Of a DNA stretch of 64,000 bases, positions 10,739 to 20,568 are shown in pieces. The notes below the pieces were generated by a model, which did not search any database, was not told the DNA's origin, and worked only from the letters and a program-made list of their open reading frames with translations. This DNA comes from a virus, in the IMG/VR virus record IMGVR_UViG_3300027709_000056, positions 64,001 through 128,000 of that record; one strand, given 5' to 3'. Made by a program: the position numbers and the translations under genes. Numbering within the stretch: the first letter of the stretch is position 1; every line of letters begins with the position of its first letter.

Positions 10739-11654
10739 CAGGTTTACGTGTTAGTAGATCATGTCTCATCCTATTTAACCAGTCTACAGGTTGATCGTAA
10801 ATACTAAACTTCTTTTGCCCTCTAGAGATGTCATTCATATGCTTAATCCATTTATTTTGAACTTCTCCAACTGCTTTATCAGTACGATCACTCCAATCAT
10901 GTTTAAAAGTTCTTTTTAAGTAATCATAGTGTTCTAATGGATGTGGATGTCCGTCTTGAAAAACTTTATTAATTAATCTTCGATCAGACTCAAATTTTTG
11001 CATCCAGTTATTATTAAAAAGTACATCATAAAAACTAGGTTTTAAATGAGCCGTTGTATCTAGATACATTTGTTTAAATTGATCAAGTCTCGAATTACCA
11101 AATTTTTTAGGTCTGTCATCAATTTTCTGAGTAACGTCCCATTGGTTTGCAAATTCAATTAAGTTATTCATTTGTATGAAATGCCATTGTGCTTTATGTT
11201 TAAGCATTTCATGAGCACCTTTAATAAAAGCTAAATCTCTAACAATTGCTCCGTACTCACTAAAATACTTGTCTCTCCATTCTTCATCATATATATTTTG
11301 TGTATAAATATTTCCTGGAGTTACCCAAGTACCATACTTTTTTCCGTGCTTACTGTCGTGCGTTTCGCGACCCGGTTCAAAGAATCTATCTTCTCTACTA
11401 ACATTAGTCCATTGTACTATTATTAAATCATAGTGATTAAAATTATAAGCCGCGTCAGCCTGCATTAATGAATTGTAGATATAATGATTGCCAGCACCAG
11501 ATTTACCAAAGTTATAAAACTCAGCTTCATGAAATTCAGTACCTAAAATATTAGCCCATGTAGTCCACAAGTATTGTGTAAAGCTACAACCAAAGCAAAA
11601 TATTCTATTAAGTGGATTGTTTATTAATTTTGTAGCCATTATATTTTTTTTCAC
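10710..11654 (-). CDS. SGNH/GDSL-like hydrolase or acyltransferase
   Basis: FCFGCSFT nucleophile-like motif, GKSGAGN, late DGHP motif. Confidence 0.55.
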   Translation of the reverse strand: MKKNIMATKLINNPLNRIFCFGCSFTQYLWTTWANILGTEFHEAEFYNFGKSGAGNHYIYNSLMQADAAYNFNHYDLIIVQWTNVSREDRFFEPGRETHDSKHGKKYGTWVTPGNIYTQNIYDEEWRDKYFSEYGAIVRDLAFIKGAHEMLKHKAQWHFIQMNNLIEFANQWDVTQKIDDRPKKFGNSRLDQFKQMYLDTTAHLKPSFYDVLFNNNWMQKFESDRRLINKVFQDGHPHPLEHYDYLKRTFKHDWSDRTDKAVGEVQNKWIKHMNDISRGQKKFSIYDQPVDWLNRMRHDLLTRKPANNDHRMHL

Positions 11655-11656
11655 TC

Positions 11657-11821
11657 CTAAAGTTTCCCACGCTTCAACATTTCTTTTGTTACTTTGTAGG
11701 GTATTTTTTCAATTTTGCCACCTTTAGCAAGAAATTCTTTCATCATACGATCACGTTCCTCTTGTGTTGTTCTTTTTTCAGGTTTAGTACTAGTGTATGC
11801 TCTGTTTATCTCAATGCCCAT
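11657..11821 (-). CDS. Small hypothetical protein (54 aa, absent from ORF track)
   Basis: Hand translation: MGIEINRAYTSTKPEKRTTQEERDRMMKEFLAKGGKIEKIPYKVTKEMLKRGKL*. Fills the gap exactly and overlaps the upstream stop. Confidence 0.7.
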   Translation of the reverse strand: MGIEINRAYTSTKPEKRTTQEERDRMMKEFLAKGGKIEKIPYKVTKEMLKRGKL

Positions 11822-13079
11822 TTGCTATCTTTATTATTTTTTTTGCTAGGTTTAACATAGTTTCTTCAGTGTGCTTATTATTATACATAACTTTAAAATT
11901 GTATTTAAGTATATCTCGTTGTTTAAATTTCCATTCTTGGTGTGCACCTTTACTCATATTATCTAGCTCTTTTACTTTATCTTTAATTACCTCAAATAGT
12001 TTGCACCACCGTAGATATGTATCTTCTTCGCTGTCAAAACTGTAATCAAATGTATCTTCATATAATTTATACCCAAATTTTTCTAAGTTTTTGTTAATAT
12101 TTTGTTGTCCCCAAATAATAAAAGGTTGCATATGATATATAGCCCTAAATGTTTTTTCACTCCAAAACATACTAGTTTTATTCCAGTCTTCAACATACGT
12201 TTCATTTACTACCTGAAATAATGTAGTCCAATGTAAATGCGAATGTAAACTCATAGCATGATTAGTTGTAAAGTCTTCAGTATCTGCTATTAAGGGTAAT
12301 TCTTTATAAAACTTTTCTATTTGTTCTTCAGTTATATTAAATCCAGCTGGGAAAGTCTTTTTTAAATTATGTGCTTTTAAAAGTCCACCTTCAAATGCAT
12401 TATGGCTTACTACACCCTTTTCAAATATACCACTGTGAAAAAGCTCATAAGCACTCATTGTTCTATGAGGTCTGTTTACTCTACTAAGACTTAGATAGTA
12501 TTTTTCACCATAATAAAATCTTTTACTATGTTTACGTACCTCTGTATAGCGTTCGTCTATAAGTGTATCAACGTCAGTTCTAGTAGTATCAAGTTCATAA
12601 CGATTATTAACATTTTTTAATCCAAAAAGCATTTTTTCAAAATTATTAAAACAAGCAACATTAATAGATTCTGTTTCGTTATGTTTTTTGTTATATTTTT
12701 TTATGTTTTTAGTATCTAGCATATTTGAAGAAACAAAAATTATTTTTTTAGGACTAATATTATGTTTTTTACAGTTGTTATATAATATATCAAAAAACGG
12801 TAGATCATATAGAGTACTAAAGCCTTCAGTACTTGCATCAAAAAAGAAAAATGATTTTGGATCGTTACGTAATTGTTTAAGATTCTTTTTTCGCAGATAT
12901 TGAAATATATCAACACCGGCTCTCCATTGGGGATATTTTATTAGCACATGAAAAATGGTTATTGTAGGATCGTAGATATCATTCTCTTTAAATGCGTGTA
13001 ACAACTTTACTAAAGCAAGTGAAGTTTCTACTTGGCGTACATATACGTTTGGTTTAATGTAGTAATTTGCTGGAATCAT
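11811..13079 (-). CDS. Exostosin-like/GT-B-like phage protein
   Basis: YLSLSRVNRPHR...VVNET...SEKTFRAIYHMQPFIIWG...FDYSFD pattern; paralog of 61111..62172. Confidence 0.5.
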   Translation of the reverse strand: MIPANYYIKPNVYVRQVETSLALVKLLHAFKENDIYDPTITIFHVLIKYPQWRAGVDIFQYLRKKNLKQLRNDPKSFFFFDASTEGFSTLYDLPFFDILYNNCKKHNISPKKIIFVSSNMLDTKNIKKYNKKHNETESINVACFNNFEKMLFGLKNVNNRYELDTTRTDVDTLIDERYTEVRKHSKRFYYGEKYYLSLSRVNRPHRTMSAYELFHSGIFEKGVVSHNAFEGGLLKAHNLKKTFPAGFNITEEQIEKFYKELPLIADTEDFTTNHAMSLHSHLHWTTLFQVVNETYVEDWNKTSMFWSEKTFRAIYHMQPFIIWGQQNINKNLEKFGYKLYEDTFDYSFDSEEDTYLRWCKLFEVIKDKVKELDNMSKGAHQEWKFKQRDILKYNFKVMYNNKHTEETMLNLAKKIIKIANGH

Positions 13080-13106
13080 ATATAAAAATCACTGGGTTAA
13101 AATGCC

Positions 13107-13131
13107 ATAAATATTAGCTGTAGTATTTATA
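13107..13131. promoter_or_regulatory. Face-to-face late promoter pair (ATAAATA + at 13107-13113; TATAAATA - at 13131-13124)
   Basis: Located in the 78-nt divergent gap between 13079 (-) and 13158 (+). Confidence 0.55.
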
Positions 13132-13157
13132 TACGCATATAATGATTTAAGGATAAC

Positions 13158-14333
13158 TTGATGAAGATAGGATTTATTGGTTTAGGAAAACTAGGCTTAC
13201 CATGTGCTGAAGTAGTTGCTGAAAAAGGCCATGATGTTACTGGTTATGATCCTGCAAATATAACAAGTGATTTAGTTAGTATTAAAGAAAAAATCAAAGA
13301 TGCAGTACAAGACAGGGATATTGTTTTTGTTGCTGTTCCAACGCCCCATCATCCAGATTATGACGGTAAAGCTCCTACGGCACACTTAGAACCTAAAGAT
13401 TTTAGTTACGATATTGTTGTTGATGTGTTAAGAGAAGCCAATGAGCATATGACTCAAGAACAGTTGCTAGTCCTTATTAGTACTGTTTTACCTGGTACTA
13501 CTCGCAAAGAATTTGCACCATTAGTTACAAATACTCGCTTTGTTTATAATCCATATTTTATTGCTATGGGAACAGTAGCTTGGGATATGGTAAATCCTGA
13601 AATGGTAATTGTAGGAACTGATACCGGAAAAATAAATGGTGATGCAGAACAGTTAGTAGAATTTTATAAAGGTATAATGGAAAACAAGCCACGGTATGAA
13701 GTATGCACGTGGGACGAATGTGAATGTATTAAAGTTTTTTACAATACATTTATTAGTATGAAAATTGGATTTGTAAATATGATCCAAGATGTTGCTGAAA
13801 AGCAAGGTAATATTAATGTTGATGTAGTCACTAACGCTCTTTCAAAAAGTAAAAATCGAATTATTAGTACCCGATATATGACAGCAGGAATGGGTGATGG
13901 TGGAGCCTGTCATCCAAGAGATAATATTGCATTACGGTATATGGCCAAAAAATTGGACTTGCAATATGATCTGTTTGATGCTATAATGAAAGCTAGAGAA
14001 GTACAGGCTAAAAACATGGCTAAGAAATTAGTCAGTTTAGCCATAAAAAATAACTTGCCAATATTATTAAATGGCATCAGTTATAAACCAGGAGTACCAT
14101 ATATAGATGGAAGTTATAGTTTGTTAGTTGGTCATTATTGTTCAGAAGTTGAATATCATTGTATGAGAGTTGATCCGTTAGTGTGTCCACAGAAAGGACC
14201 ATTTAGTGCAATTGTTTTATTATCACACCCTGAATTGTATTGCTTTTTAAATGACGATAGTATAGTTGTTGACCCATGGAGAAAATATAAATCTAGCAAA
14301 CATAAGGTTATCCATTATGGCAATACGAGATGA
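13158..14333 (+). CDS. ugd: UDP-glucose 6-dehydrogenase
   Basis: GFIGLGKLG, FVAVPTP, ISTVLPG, YNPYF, GDGGACHPRD, GISYKPG, DPW C-terminal motifs. Confidence 0.85.
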   Translation: MMKIGFIGLGKLGLPCAEVVAEKGHDVTGYDPANITSDLVSIKEKIKDAVQDRDIVFVAVPTPHHPDYDGKAPTAHLEPKDFSYDIVVDVLREANEHMTQEQLLVLISTVLPGTTRKEFAPLVTNTRFVYNPYFIAMGTVAWDMVNPEMVIVGTDTGKINGDAEQLVEFYKGIMENKPRYEVCTWDECECIKVFYNTFISMKIGFVNMIQDVAEKQGNINVDVVTNALSKSKNRIISTRYMTAGMGDGGACHPRDNIALRYMAKKLDLQYDLFDAIMKAREVQAKNMAKKLVSLAIKNNLPILLNGISYKPGVPYIDGSYSLLVGHYCSEVEYHCMRVDPLVCPQKGPFSAIVLLSHPELYCFLNDDSIVVDPWRKYKSSKHKVIHYGNTR

Positions 14334-15184
14334 AAAAAATATTAATAATTGGAGACAGTAACGGATTAGGTGAATGGGGACAAGTTACTCCTGGACCAGG
14401 CGTTGCTAATAACAATAATAATACTATTTTTCGACCGTATAACCAAGACAAATATTTAGAAGGCAAACATCCTAAACCTTTTCAGTTAGTTCATCCAGGG
14501 TTTGGTTACTTTTTAGATTTAAAAGGTCATGCTACTTGTAATCATAGTTTTGGTGGCGCAGGTAATTTTGAATCAATTTTTAAAGCCGAAGAAGCATTAG
14601 GGTTGGCACCGCCTTTTACATCTCCTACTTTTTATACTCCTGATGTTATTATATGGATGTTAACAGAACCTTGTAGAAATTATACTTTAGAATCAAAATA
14701 TATTTGTCAAAATTCTGGACAAGCAGGGTTATGGGATTTAGATAAGCATTATTATAAATTGTACCAACCTAACATTGTTGATAAGATACCAACAATAGCC
14801 GAATTAAATCGTGTGCTTATGAAAACTGCATTTGATGGCGCACAAGACATTTATAATGAATTAAAAATTCCTTTTATTATAATAGAAGGTTGGGGCGAAA
14901 CATATGGTTTAGAAAAAGATTATACTTTTATTAAACATATTCATAAAGGTTGGTTACAAAAAATATTAGGCAAACAAATACCATTGCTTACATCATGGAG
15001 TGCAATTAATAATCTTAAACAGTCAAGACATGATTTAGCTGAAACTGAAGAATTTAAAACAGAAGTTAATAGATATGAAGACGTGATCGATTACATGAAA
15101 CAATCAGATGATTTTCCGGATAACGGACATCCAGGTAGAGAACTTCATAAAAAATTAGCAGATGAGCTAGAACCTTATGTATGA
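14330..15184 (+). CDS. SGNH/GDSL-like protein
   Basis: IIGDSNG, GGAGN and DNGHPG motifs. Confidence 0.55.
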   Translation: MKKILIIGDSNGLGEWGQVTPGPGVANNNNNTIFRPYNQDKYLEGKHPKPFQLVHPGFGYFLDLKGHATCNHSFGGAGNFESIFKAEEALGLAPPFTSPTFYTPDVIIWMLTEPCRNYTLESKYICQNSGQAGLWDLDKHYYKLYQPNIVDKIPTIAELNRVLMKTAFDGAQDIYNELKIPFIIIEGWGETYGLEKDYTFIKHIHKGWLQKILGKQIPLLTSWSAINNLKQSRHDLAETEEFKTEVNRYEDVIDYMKQSDDFPDNGHPGRELHKKLADELEPYV

Positions 15185-15857
15185 TATAGTCTTTATAAGT
15201 TATGAAGAACCTAATGCAGATAAAGTTTACGAAGACTTAAAAGCTAGGTTTCCCATGGCTAAACGTGTTCATGGAGTAAAAGGAATACACCAGGCACATA
15301 TAGCCGCGGCAAAAAAGTGTTTTACAAAAATGTTTTGGGTAGTAGACGGAGATGCTCAGTTAAAAGAAGATTGGAAGTTTGATTATATTGCAAGTGAATG
15401 GGATCTTGATGCTGTTCATGTATGGCGTTGTCAGAATCCTATTAATTTTTTAGAATATGGACACGGTGGTGTAAAGTTATTGCCAAGGCAACTTACAATA
15501 GATATGGATGTTAGTCATCCTGATATGACAACTAGTATTAGTAATAAATTTTTTGCCCATCAAGAGATTAGTAATACTACAGCATTTAGTACAGATCCTT
15601 TTAATACGTGGAAAAGTGCATTCCGAGAATGTGTTAAATTATCAAGTAAACTTATTAGAGGACAAGTAGACGAAGAAACTGAAATGCGATTAATGGTGTG
15701 GTGTAATGAAGGTAAAGGAAAACCTAATGGCGACTATGCTATAATGGGTGCAAGAGCAGGTAAGAAGTACGGAGAAGAAAATATAGGTAATAAGGAAGCA
15801 CTATTTAAAATTAATGATTTTAAGTGGCTTAAAGAAATGTATGATAGAGAAAATTAA
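15177..15857 (+). CDS. Glycosyltransferase-like protein (paralog of 6961..7860)
   Basis: DIVFISYEEPNA, WVVDGD, WKSAFRECVKL. Confidence 0.6.
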   Translation: MYDIVFISYEEPNADKVYEDLKARFPMAKRVHGVKGIHQAHIAAAKKCFTKMFWVVDGDAQLKEDWKFDYIASEWDLDAVHVWRCQNPINFLEYGHGGVKLLPRQLTIDMDVSHPDMTTSISNKFFAHQEISNTTAFSTDPFNTWKSAFRECVKLSSKLIRGQVDEETEMRLMVWCNEGKGKPNGDYAIMGARAGKKYGEENIGNKEALFKINDFKWLKEMYDREN

Positions 15858-16803
15858 AGAAAACATAACCAAAGTTGGATTAAAAACTTTAATTGAAAAT
15901 AAAGATCTTTTTACTGTTAGTTGGATTCTTGGACGATTTTGTAATTACGATTGTAGTTATTGTTGGCCGTATGCTAAAAGTAAAACTGTAGATCATAGAC
16001 CTCTTTTACAATATATCGGAACAATGGATGAAATTAAAAGTCAGGCTAGAGTAAATGGCTTTACAAAGTTTCATTTTAGTTTTAGTGGAGGCGAACCTAC
16101 AGCATATAAAGGTCTAATAGATTTACTTAAAGCATATAAAGAACCTGTTAGTAATTATCTTAGTGTGCATATGACTACTAATGCTAGTCCAGGATTTAAT
16201 TGGTGGAATAAATGGTTAACAGCAACAGACGGATTAGATCGTAAAAGTTTAACGGCAAGTTATCATGCAGAGTTTTCTAATGAAAAAGAGTTTGCAGGTA
16301 AACTTAAATTTTTACAGGAGCACGGAGTATTAGTTACAATTAATCAAGTTATGGTTCCAGATCGTTGGGATGAATACTATGGGAGAGCGTTACGTTTTAA
16401 AGATGAAGGATTGCACGTAACCCTTAAACCACAAAGTAATCCAACTGCAAGTTCTGTTGTAGAAGGATATACATTTGAGCAATGGGAAATATTACAAAAC
16501 GAAATGCAGATGGATATAAATCAGATGTTATTATTTGATACTGATGGAAAACAGTACGAATTAGATCAAGCAGAACGACTTAATGCTTATGAGTTTAATA
16601 AATTTAAAGGTTGGACTTGTAATGCTGGCTACCAAAGTTGTATTATCCGTGAACCAGGTGGCGAAATTAAAAGAGGCTATAGTTGTCATGACGAGCCGTT
16701 AGGTACTATTGATGAAGGATTTACTTTATTTAAAGAACCACGTGAGTGTATTACACCAACGTGTGTAAGTAGTGCAGATAGTAAGATACCAAAATGGAAA
16801 TAA
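15814..16803 (+). CDS. Radical SAM protein with C-terminal Cys-rich (SPASM/twitch-like) tail
   Basis: CNYDCSYC, SGGEPT, CNAG..SC..C..C. Confidence 0.85.
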   Translation: MILSGLKKCMIEKIKENITKVGLKTLIENKDLFTVSWILGRFCNYDCSYCWPYAKSKTVDHRPLLQYIGTMDEIKSQARVNGFTKFHFSFSGGEPTAYKGLIDLLKAYKEPVSNYLSVHMTTNASPGFNWWNKWLTATDGLDRKSLTASYHAEFSNEKEFAGKLKFLQEHGVLVTINQVMVPDRWDEYYGRALRFKDEGLHVTLKPQSNPTASSVVEGYTFEQWEILQNEMQMDINQMLLFDTDGKQYELDQAERLNAYEFNKFKGWTCNAGYQSCIIREPGGEIKRGYSCHDEPLGTIDEGFTLFKEPRECITPTCVSSADSKIPKWK

Positions 16804-17798
16804 TTGAAGTAAAAAATGATGGTTGGTCAAATGACTTGTTAAGAGTCGATGTTGCAATCGGAAATATCTGTAATTATAAGTGTTGGTATTGTTGGCCAGA
16901 ATCTCATGCTGGAAATATTAAATGGCCCGATTTTGATTCTTATGTTAAAAATCTTTCACATTTATTAGATTATTATTTAGAGAATAGTGAAAAGAAACGA
17001 TTTGATATTACTCTTATGGGTGGCGAAGTTACTCATTGGAAAAGATTTACAGATCTTATAAAATATTTTAAAGAAAGATATGATTGTATCTTTACATTAA
17101 CAACTAATGCTTCTAAAAAAATATCTTGGTGGCAAGATGCTTACAAATATTTAGATTATGTTAATATAAGTGTTCACCACGAATTTTCAGACCCTAATCA
17201 TCTTAAAGACGTTGCAGATTTTTTATATGAGAAAAATGTTTATCTTGTAACACTTGTTCTAATGGATCCGTTAGCTTGGGATAAGTGTACAGATATAGTT
17301 GATACTTTAAAAACTAGTAAACATAGATGGACAATAAAACAAATGCCAATAGTTGAACATGGTGATATAAAAATTGTATATACAGATGAGCAAAAGAATG
17401 TTCTTAATACATTAAGAGCACGTAAACCTAATATTTGGTATTATTGGAGGTCTAATAAAAGTTATAAAAGTAAAGTAAAAGTAATAGACACTAATAATAA
17501 GAAACACTCTTTTGAAGACAACGAAATACTACGAAGAGTTTTTACTGAAGAATCTTCACGTAAACTTAATAATTTTAAAGGTTGGGAATGTGATGTAGGA
17601 GTTCATTGGATAGCAATTAAGTCCAATGGACAAATATCAGGTATTTGTAATAATGGATTATATGATGAAGGAAAAACATATAATTTAAATGATGTCGATT
17701 TTAAAACAACCTTTAGACCGAAAATTACACCTACAATATGTGAGCAGGCCGCTTGTTGGTGTGGGTTTGAAACTGATATGCCTAAAAGAAAATTATGA
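16794..17798 (+). CDS. Radical SAM protein with C-terminal Cys-rich tail
   Basis: CNYKCWYC, MGGEVT, CDVG..GIC..CEQAACWC. Confidence 0.85.
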   Translation: MEIIEVKNDGWSNDLLRVDVAIGNICNYKCWYCWPESHAGNIKWPDFDSYVKNLSHLLDYYLENSEKKRFDITLMGGEVTHWKRFTDLIKYFKERYDCIFTLTTNASKKISWWQDAYKYLDYVNISVHHEFSDPNHLKDVADFLYEKNVYLVTLVLMDPLAWDKCTDIVDTLKTSKHRWTIKQMPIVEHGDIKIVYTDEQKNVLNTLRARKPNIWYYWRSNKSYKSKVKVIDTNNKKHSFEDNEILRRVFTEESSRKLNNFKGWECDVGVHWIAIKSNGQISGICNNGLYDEGKTYNLNDVDFKTTFRPKITPTICEQAACWCGFETDMPKRKL

Positions 17799-18412
17799 AG
17801 ATAGATATTAATGATATAGCTTATTGGATGGATGCAATCCGTGATGAAGAAAATCATCAACGTTATCATATGCTAGAAAGCTTCTGGCACGGACAACTTA
17901 AAAGTAAAGTTTGGTTATGTGAAGAACTTCCTAAAGTTACTCATGCAACAACAAATAAAATAGTTATTTTTGGCGGTTGGTATGGAGTATTATCAACAAT
18001 GCTTTTTAATAGTGAGCTTGGTGTTAGACATATTACGAGTGTTGATATTGATCCTAAATGTGAAGAGATAGCAGTAAAGATGAATAAAAAATATGAAATG
18101 GCTGAACCGTCTACTTTTAAGGCAGTTACAGCAGATATGTGTGATTACGAATATACAGAACATCCGCAGATTGTTATTAATTTAAGTTGTGAACATATTA
18201 CGCAAAAACAATATGAGGCTTGGCTAGAAAAAATAGATCCTGATACATGGATAGTTGTACAAAGTAATAATTTTGCATCACATAAAGAACATATTAATTG
18301 TTCTGATAGTCTTGATGATTTTAAATGGAAATCTAAAATTAGTAAACCTTTTTATACAGGAACATTAGAATTACCTAAATATGATAGGTATATGATAATT
18401 GGAAGAAAATGA
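17795..18412 (+). CDS. Class I SAM-dependent methyltransferase
   Basis: VIFGGWYG motif I, VDIDP motif II, INLSCEH. Confidence 0.75.
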   Translation: MKIDINDIAYWMDAIRDEENHQRYHMLESFWHGQLKSKVWLCEELPKVTHATTNKIVIFGGWYGVLSTMLFNSELGVRHITSVDIDPKCEEIAVKMNKKYEMAEPSTFKAVTADMCDYEYTEHPQIVINLSCEHITQKQYEAWLEKIDPDTWIVVQSNNFASHKEHINCSDSLDDFKWKSKISKPFYTGTLELPKYDRYMIIGRK

Positions 18413-19218
18413 CAGACCTAAACGAAATGATTAATCTTATTGAGCGAAAAGTAATTAAGAATCTTGCCCCTAGTATGCCAAAGTATATTACTTCTGGAAA
18501 GATTTTACCACCAGATGGTCATAACGATATAGTTAATGGTTTTACTGTAAGTGGTACAGATACTGCGGATCACTTTGAGTATAATAGTACGGCATTCGGA
18601 GATGATTGGGAGTATCAAACAAAGCAAGTCAATTACACACTTAATAAACATTCTTATCGAACAAAAGAATTTGCAGATGTTGATTGGAAAGAATCAGTAG
18701 TTATATTTGGTTGTAGTAATGTATTTGGTGTCGGCGTTGATGATGCTGACACTATTAGTAATCAACTATCTATTATACTTAATCGTCCTGTAATAAATCT
18801 AGGTGTTGGCGGAAGTTCTATTGACTTTAACTTACATAATTCAGTAATTTTAAATGCTAATTACCCAACACCAAAAGCAGTAGTTCATATTTGGACAGGG
18901 TCTGATAGAACAGTATATTATCAACGTAAGAAATTAATTTTTCATGGTGGGTGGACTCTTGAACCTAACAACTATTTTGACCACTGGGCAAAACATAAAG
19001 AACACGGACAGATTCAAGCCTTGTTTGCTAGTTTAATTAGTAAACAATTATGGAAAGATACTGGTTATTACGAAGCAAGTTTCTTTACAGAAACTGCTGA
19101 TCTTTTAGACTGTGATGATTTAAGTGTAACAGATAAAGCAAGAGATAATTTGCATCCCGGTAAGAAAACTACAAAACTTACCGCAGAAAGAATAGCTAAG
19201 AATTTATGTATAAGTTAG
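18409..19218 (+). CDS. SGNH/GDSL-like protein
   Basis: IFGCSNVFG, NLGVGGSS, DNLHPG. Confidence 0.6.
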   Translation: MTDLNEMINLIERKVIKNLAPSMPKYITSGKILPPDGHNDIVNGFTVSGTDTADHFEYNSTAFGDDWEYQTKQVNYTLNKHSYRTKEFADVDWKESVVIFGCSNVFGVGVDDADTISNQLSIILNRPVINLGVGGSSIDFNLHNSVILNANYPTPKAVVHIWTGSDRTVYYQRKKLIFHGGWTLEPNNYFDHWAKHKEHGQIQALFASLISKQLWKDTGYYEASFFTETADLLDCDDLSVTDKARDNLHPGKKTTKLTAERIAKNLCIS

Positions 19219-20198
19219 ACGACATAAAATCAATCCACTTTGAAGTAACAAGTAAATGTCAAGCTCGTTGTCCTATGTGTCCACGACGTACTCGAGGGGG
19301 ACCTTTAAATATAACTCTTGATGAAATTACCTTTAATACATTTATTAAATGGTTCCCAATAGACTTTATTAAACAATTAGTTGATTTTAATATGTGTGGT
19401 AATTTAGGTGATCCAATTATAGCAGAAGACACTCTTGAAATTTTTAATTATTTGCGTGAGCATAATTCAACCATGACATTACAAATGCATACTAATGGCA
19501 GTGGTAGAAGTAAGGAATGGTGGCAGGCTCTTGCAGGTATTAATGTTAAAGTTATATTTGGTATTGATGGATTAAAAGATACACATTCTTTGTACAGAAT
19601 TAGCACAGATTGGCAAAGGATTATAGATAATGCACAAACGTTTATTAATGCAGGTGGAGATGCACGTTGGGATATGTTAGTCTTTAAACATAATGAACAC
19701 CAAGTTGATACTTGTGAACAGATGAGTAAAGATTTAGGGTTTAAAGGATTTAGTATTAAACATACTACAAGATTTAGAGATGGTAAATTAGATGTTATTG
19801 ATGATGACTATAATGTTACCCATACGCTTTATCCTACAAAGAAAAGCGAAGAAGCAATTGCAAAAGTCAAAACAGCTCAAAGCGAGTTATTACCAACTAT
19901 TACTTGTAAAGCAAAAAAAGATAGTCAGTTATACGTAAGTGCTAGGGGAAATGTTTCACCTTGTTGTTGGTTAGATTTAGAATGGGTACCAGAAGTATCA
20001 ATATCACGTATTGATTATATGTCCAAAATAAACCAATTTCCAAATTTGCATAATACAAGTTTACGTGAAATATTTGATAGTGGATTTTTTAGTGCTATTA
20101 GTGGATGTTGGTCGACAACAGGATTAAAAGAATGCTCAAAACAATGTGGTAGTTTTGATAAACTTAATGCACAATTTGAACAATTAGAGCATGAATAA
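19206..20198 (+). CDS. Radical SAM/SPASM protein
   Basis: CQARCPMC, CGNLGDP, C..GNVSPCCW..CSKQC. Confidence 0.85.
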   Translation: MYKLDDIKSIHFEVTSKCQARCPMCPRRTRGGPLNITLDEITFNTFIKWFPIDFIKQLVDFNMCGNLGDPIIAEDTLEIFNYLREHNSTMTLQMHTNGSGRSKEWWQALAGINVKVIFGIDGLKDTHSLYRISTDWQRIIDNAQTFINAGGDARWDMLVFKHNEHQVDTCEQMSKDLGFKGFSIKHTTRFRDGKLDVIDDDYNVTHTLYPTKKSEEAIAKVKTAQSELLPTITCKAKKDSQLYVSARGNVSPCCWLDLEWVPEVSISRIDYMSKINQFPNLHNTSLREIFDSGFFSAISGCWSTTGLKECSKQCGSFDKLNAQFEQLEHE

Positions 20199-20260
20199 TA
20201 CGTTATATACGTCTAAAAATACGCTGGTATACTTGCACACGTCTATAATACTTAACCACG

Positions 20261-20287
20261 CTTAAACGACGTTATACGCTGTTTAAG
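20261..20287. terminator. Hairpin between convergent genes (possible bidirectional terminator)
   Basis: CTTAAAC(20261-20267)...GTTTAAG(20281-20287) inverted repeat with an imperfect inner stem; no clean poly-T tail. Confidence 0.35.
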
Positions 20288-20313
20288 ACGCCTTTTTAAA
20301 CGCACTTAATACC

Positions 20314-20568
20314 CTATTTTACTACTGTTTGATATGTAAATTCTTCAGGACTTGATATGTCTATTGTCTTATCTTTATAGTAGAATCTTAAAGTATTTGG
20401 AGAGTTTTCAAAGTCAAGATACATATCACATAGACTGTTCATCCAGGCTGTATGTGTCTTACCGGTATGGACTACTTTACCATTTTCTATAACTTCGTAA
20501 TCAATAATTACTAGGTCATATTTGGTATCAAAATTCTTTGCCAAAGCATTTGTTATTTCTATTTCCAT
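20314..20568 (-). CDS. Hypothetical protein
   Basis: 84 aa, overlaps upstream gene end. Confidence 0.6.
   Translation of the reverse strand: MEIEITNALAKNFDTKYDLVIIDYEVIENGKVVHTGKTHTAWMNSLCDMYLDFENSPNTLRFYYKDKTIDISSPEEFTYQTVVK

Noticed and set aside
11654-11821. Possible in-frame N-terminal extension or frameshift joining the 54-aa ORF to the SGNH-like gene
   Set aside because: Codon-by-codon translation gives a TAG at 11659-11657, and the next gene has its own AGGAG SD and GTG start.
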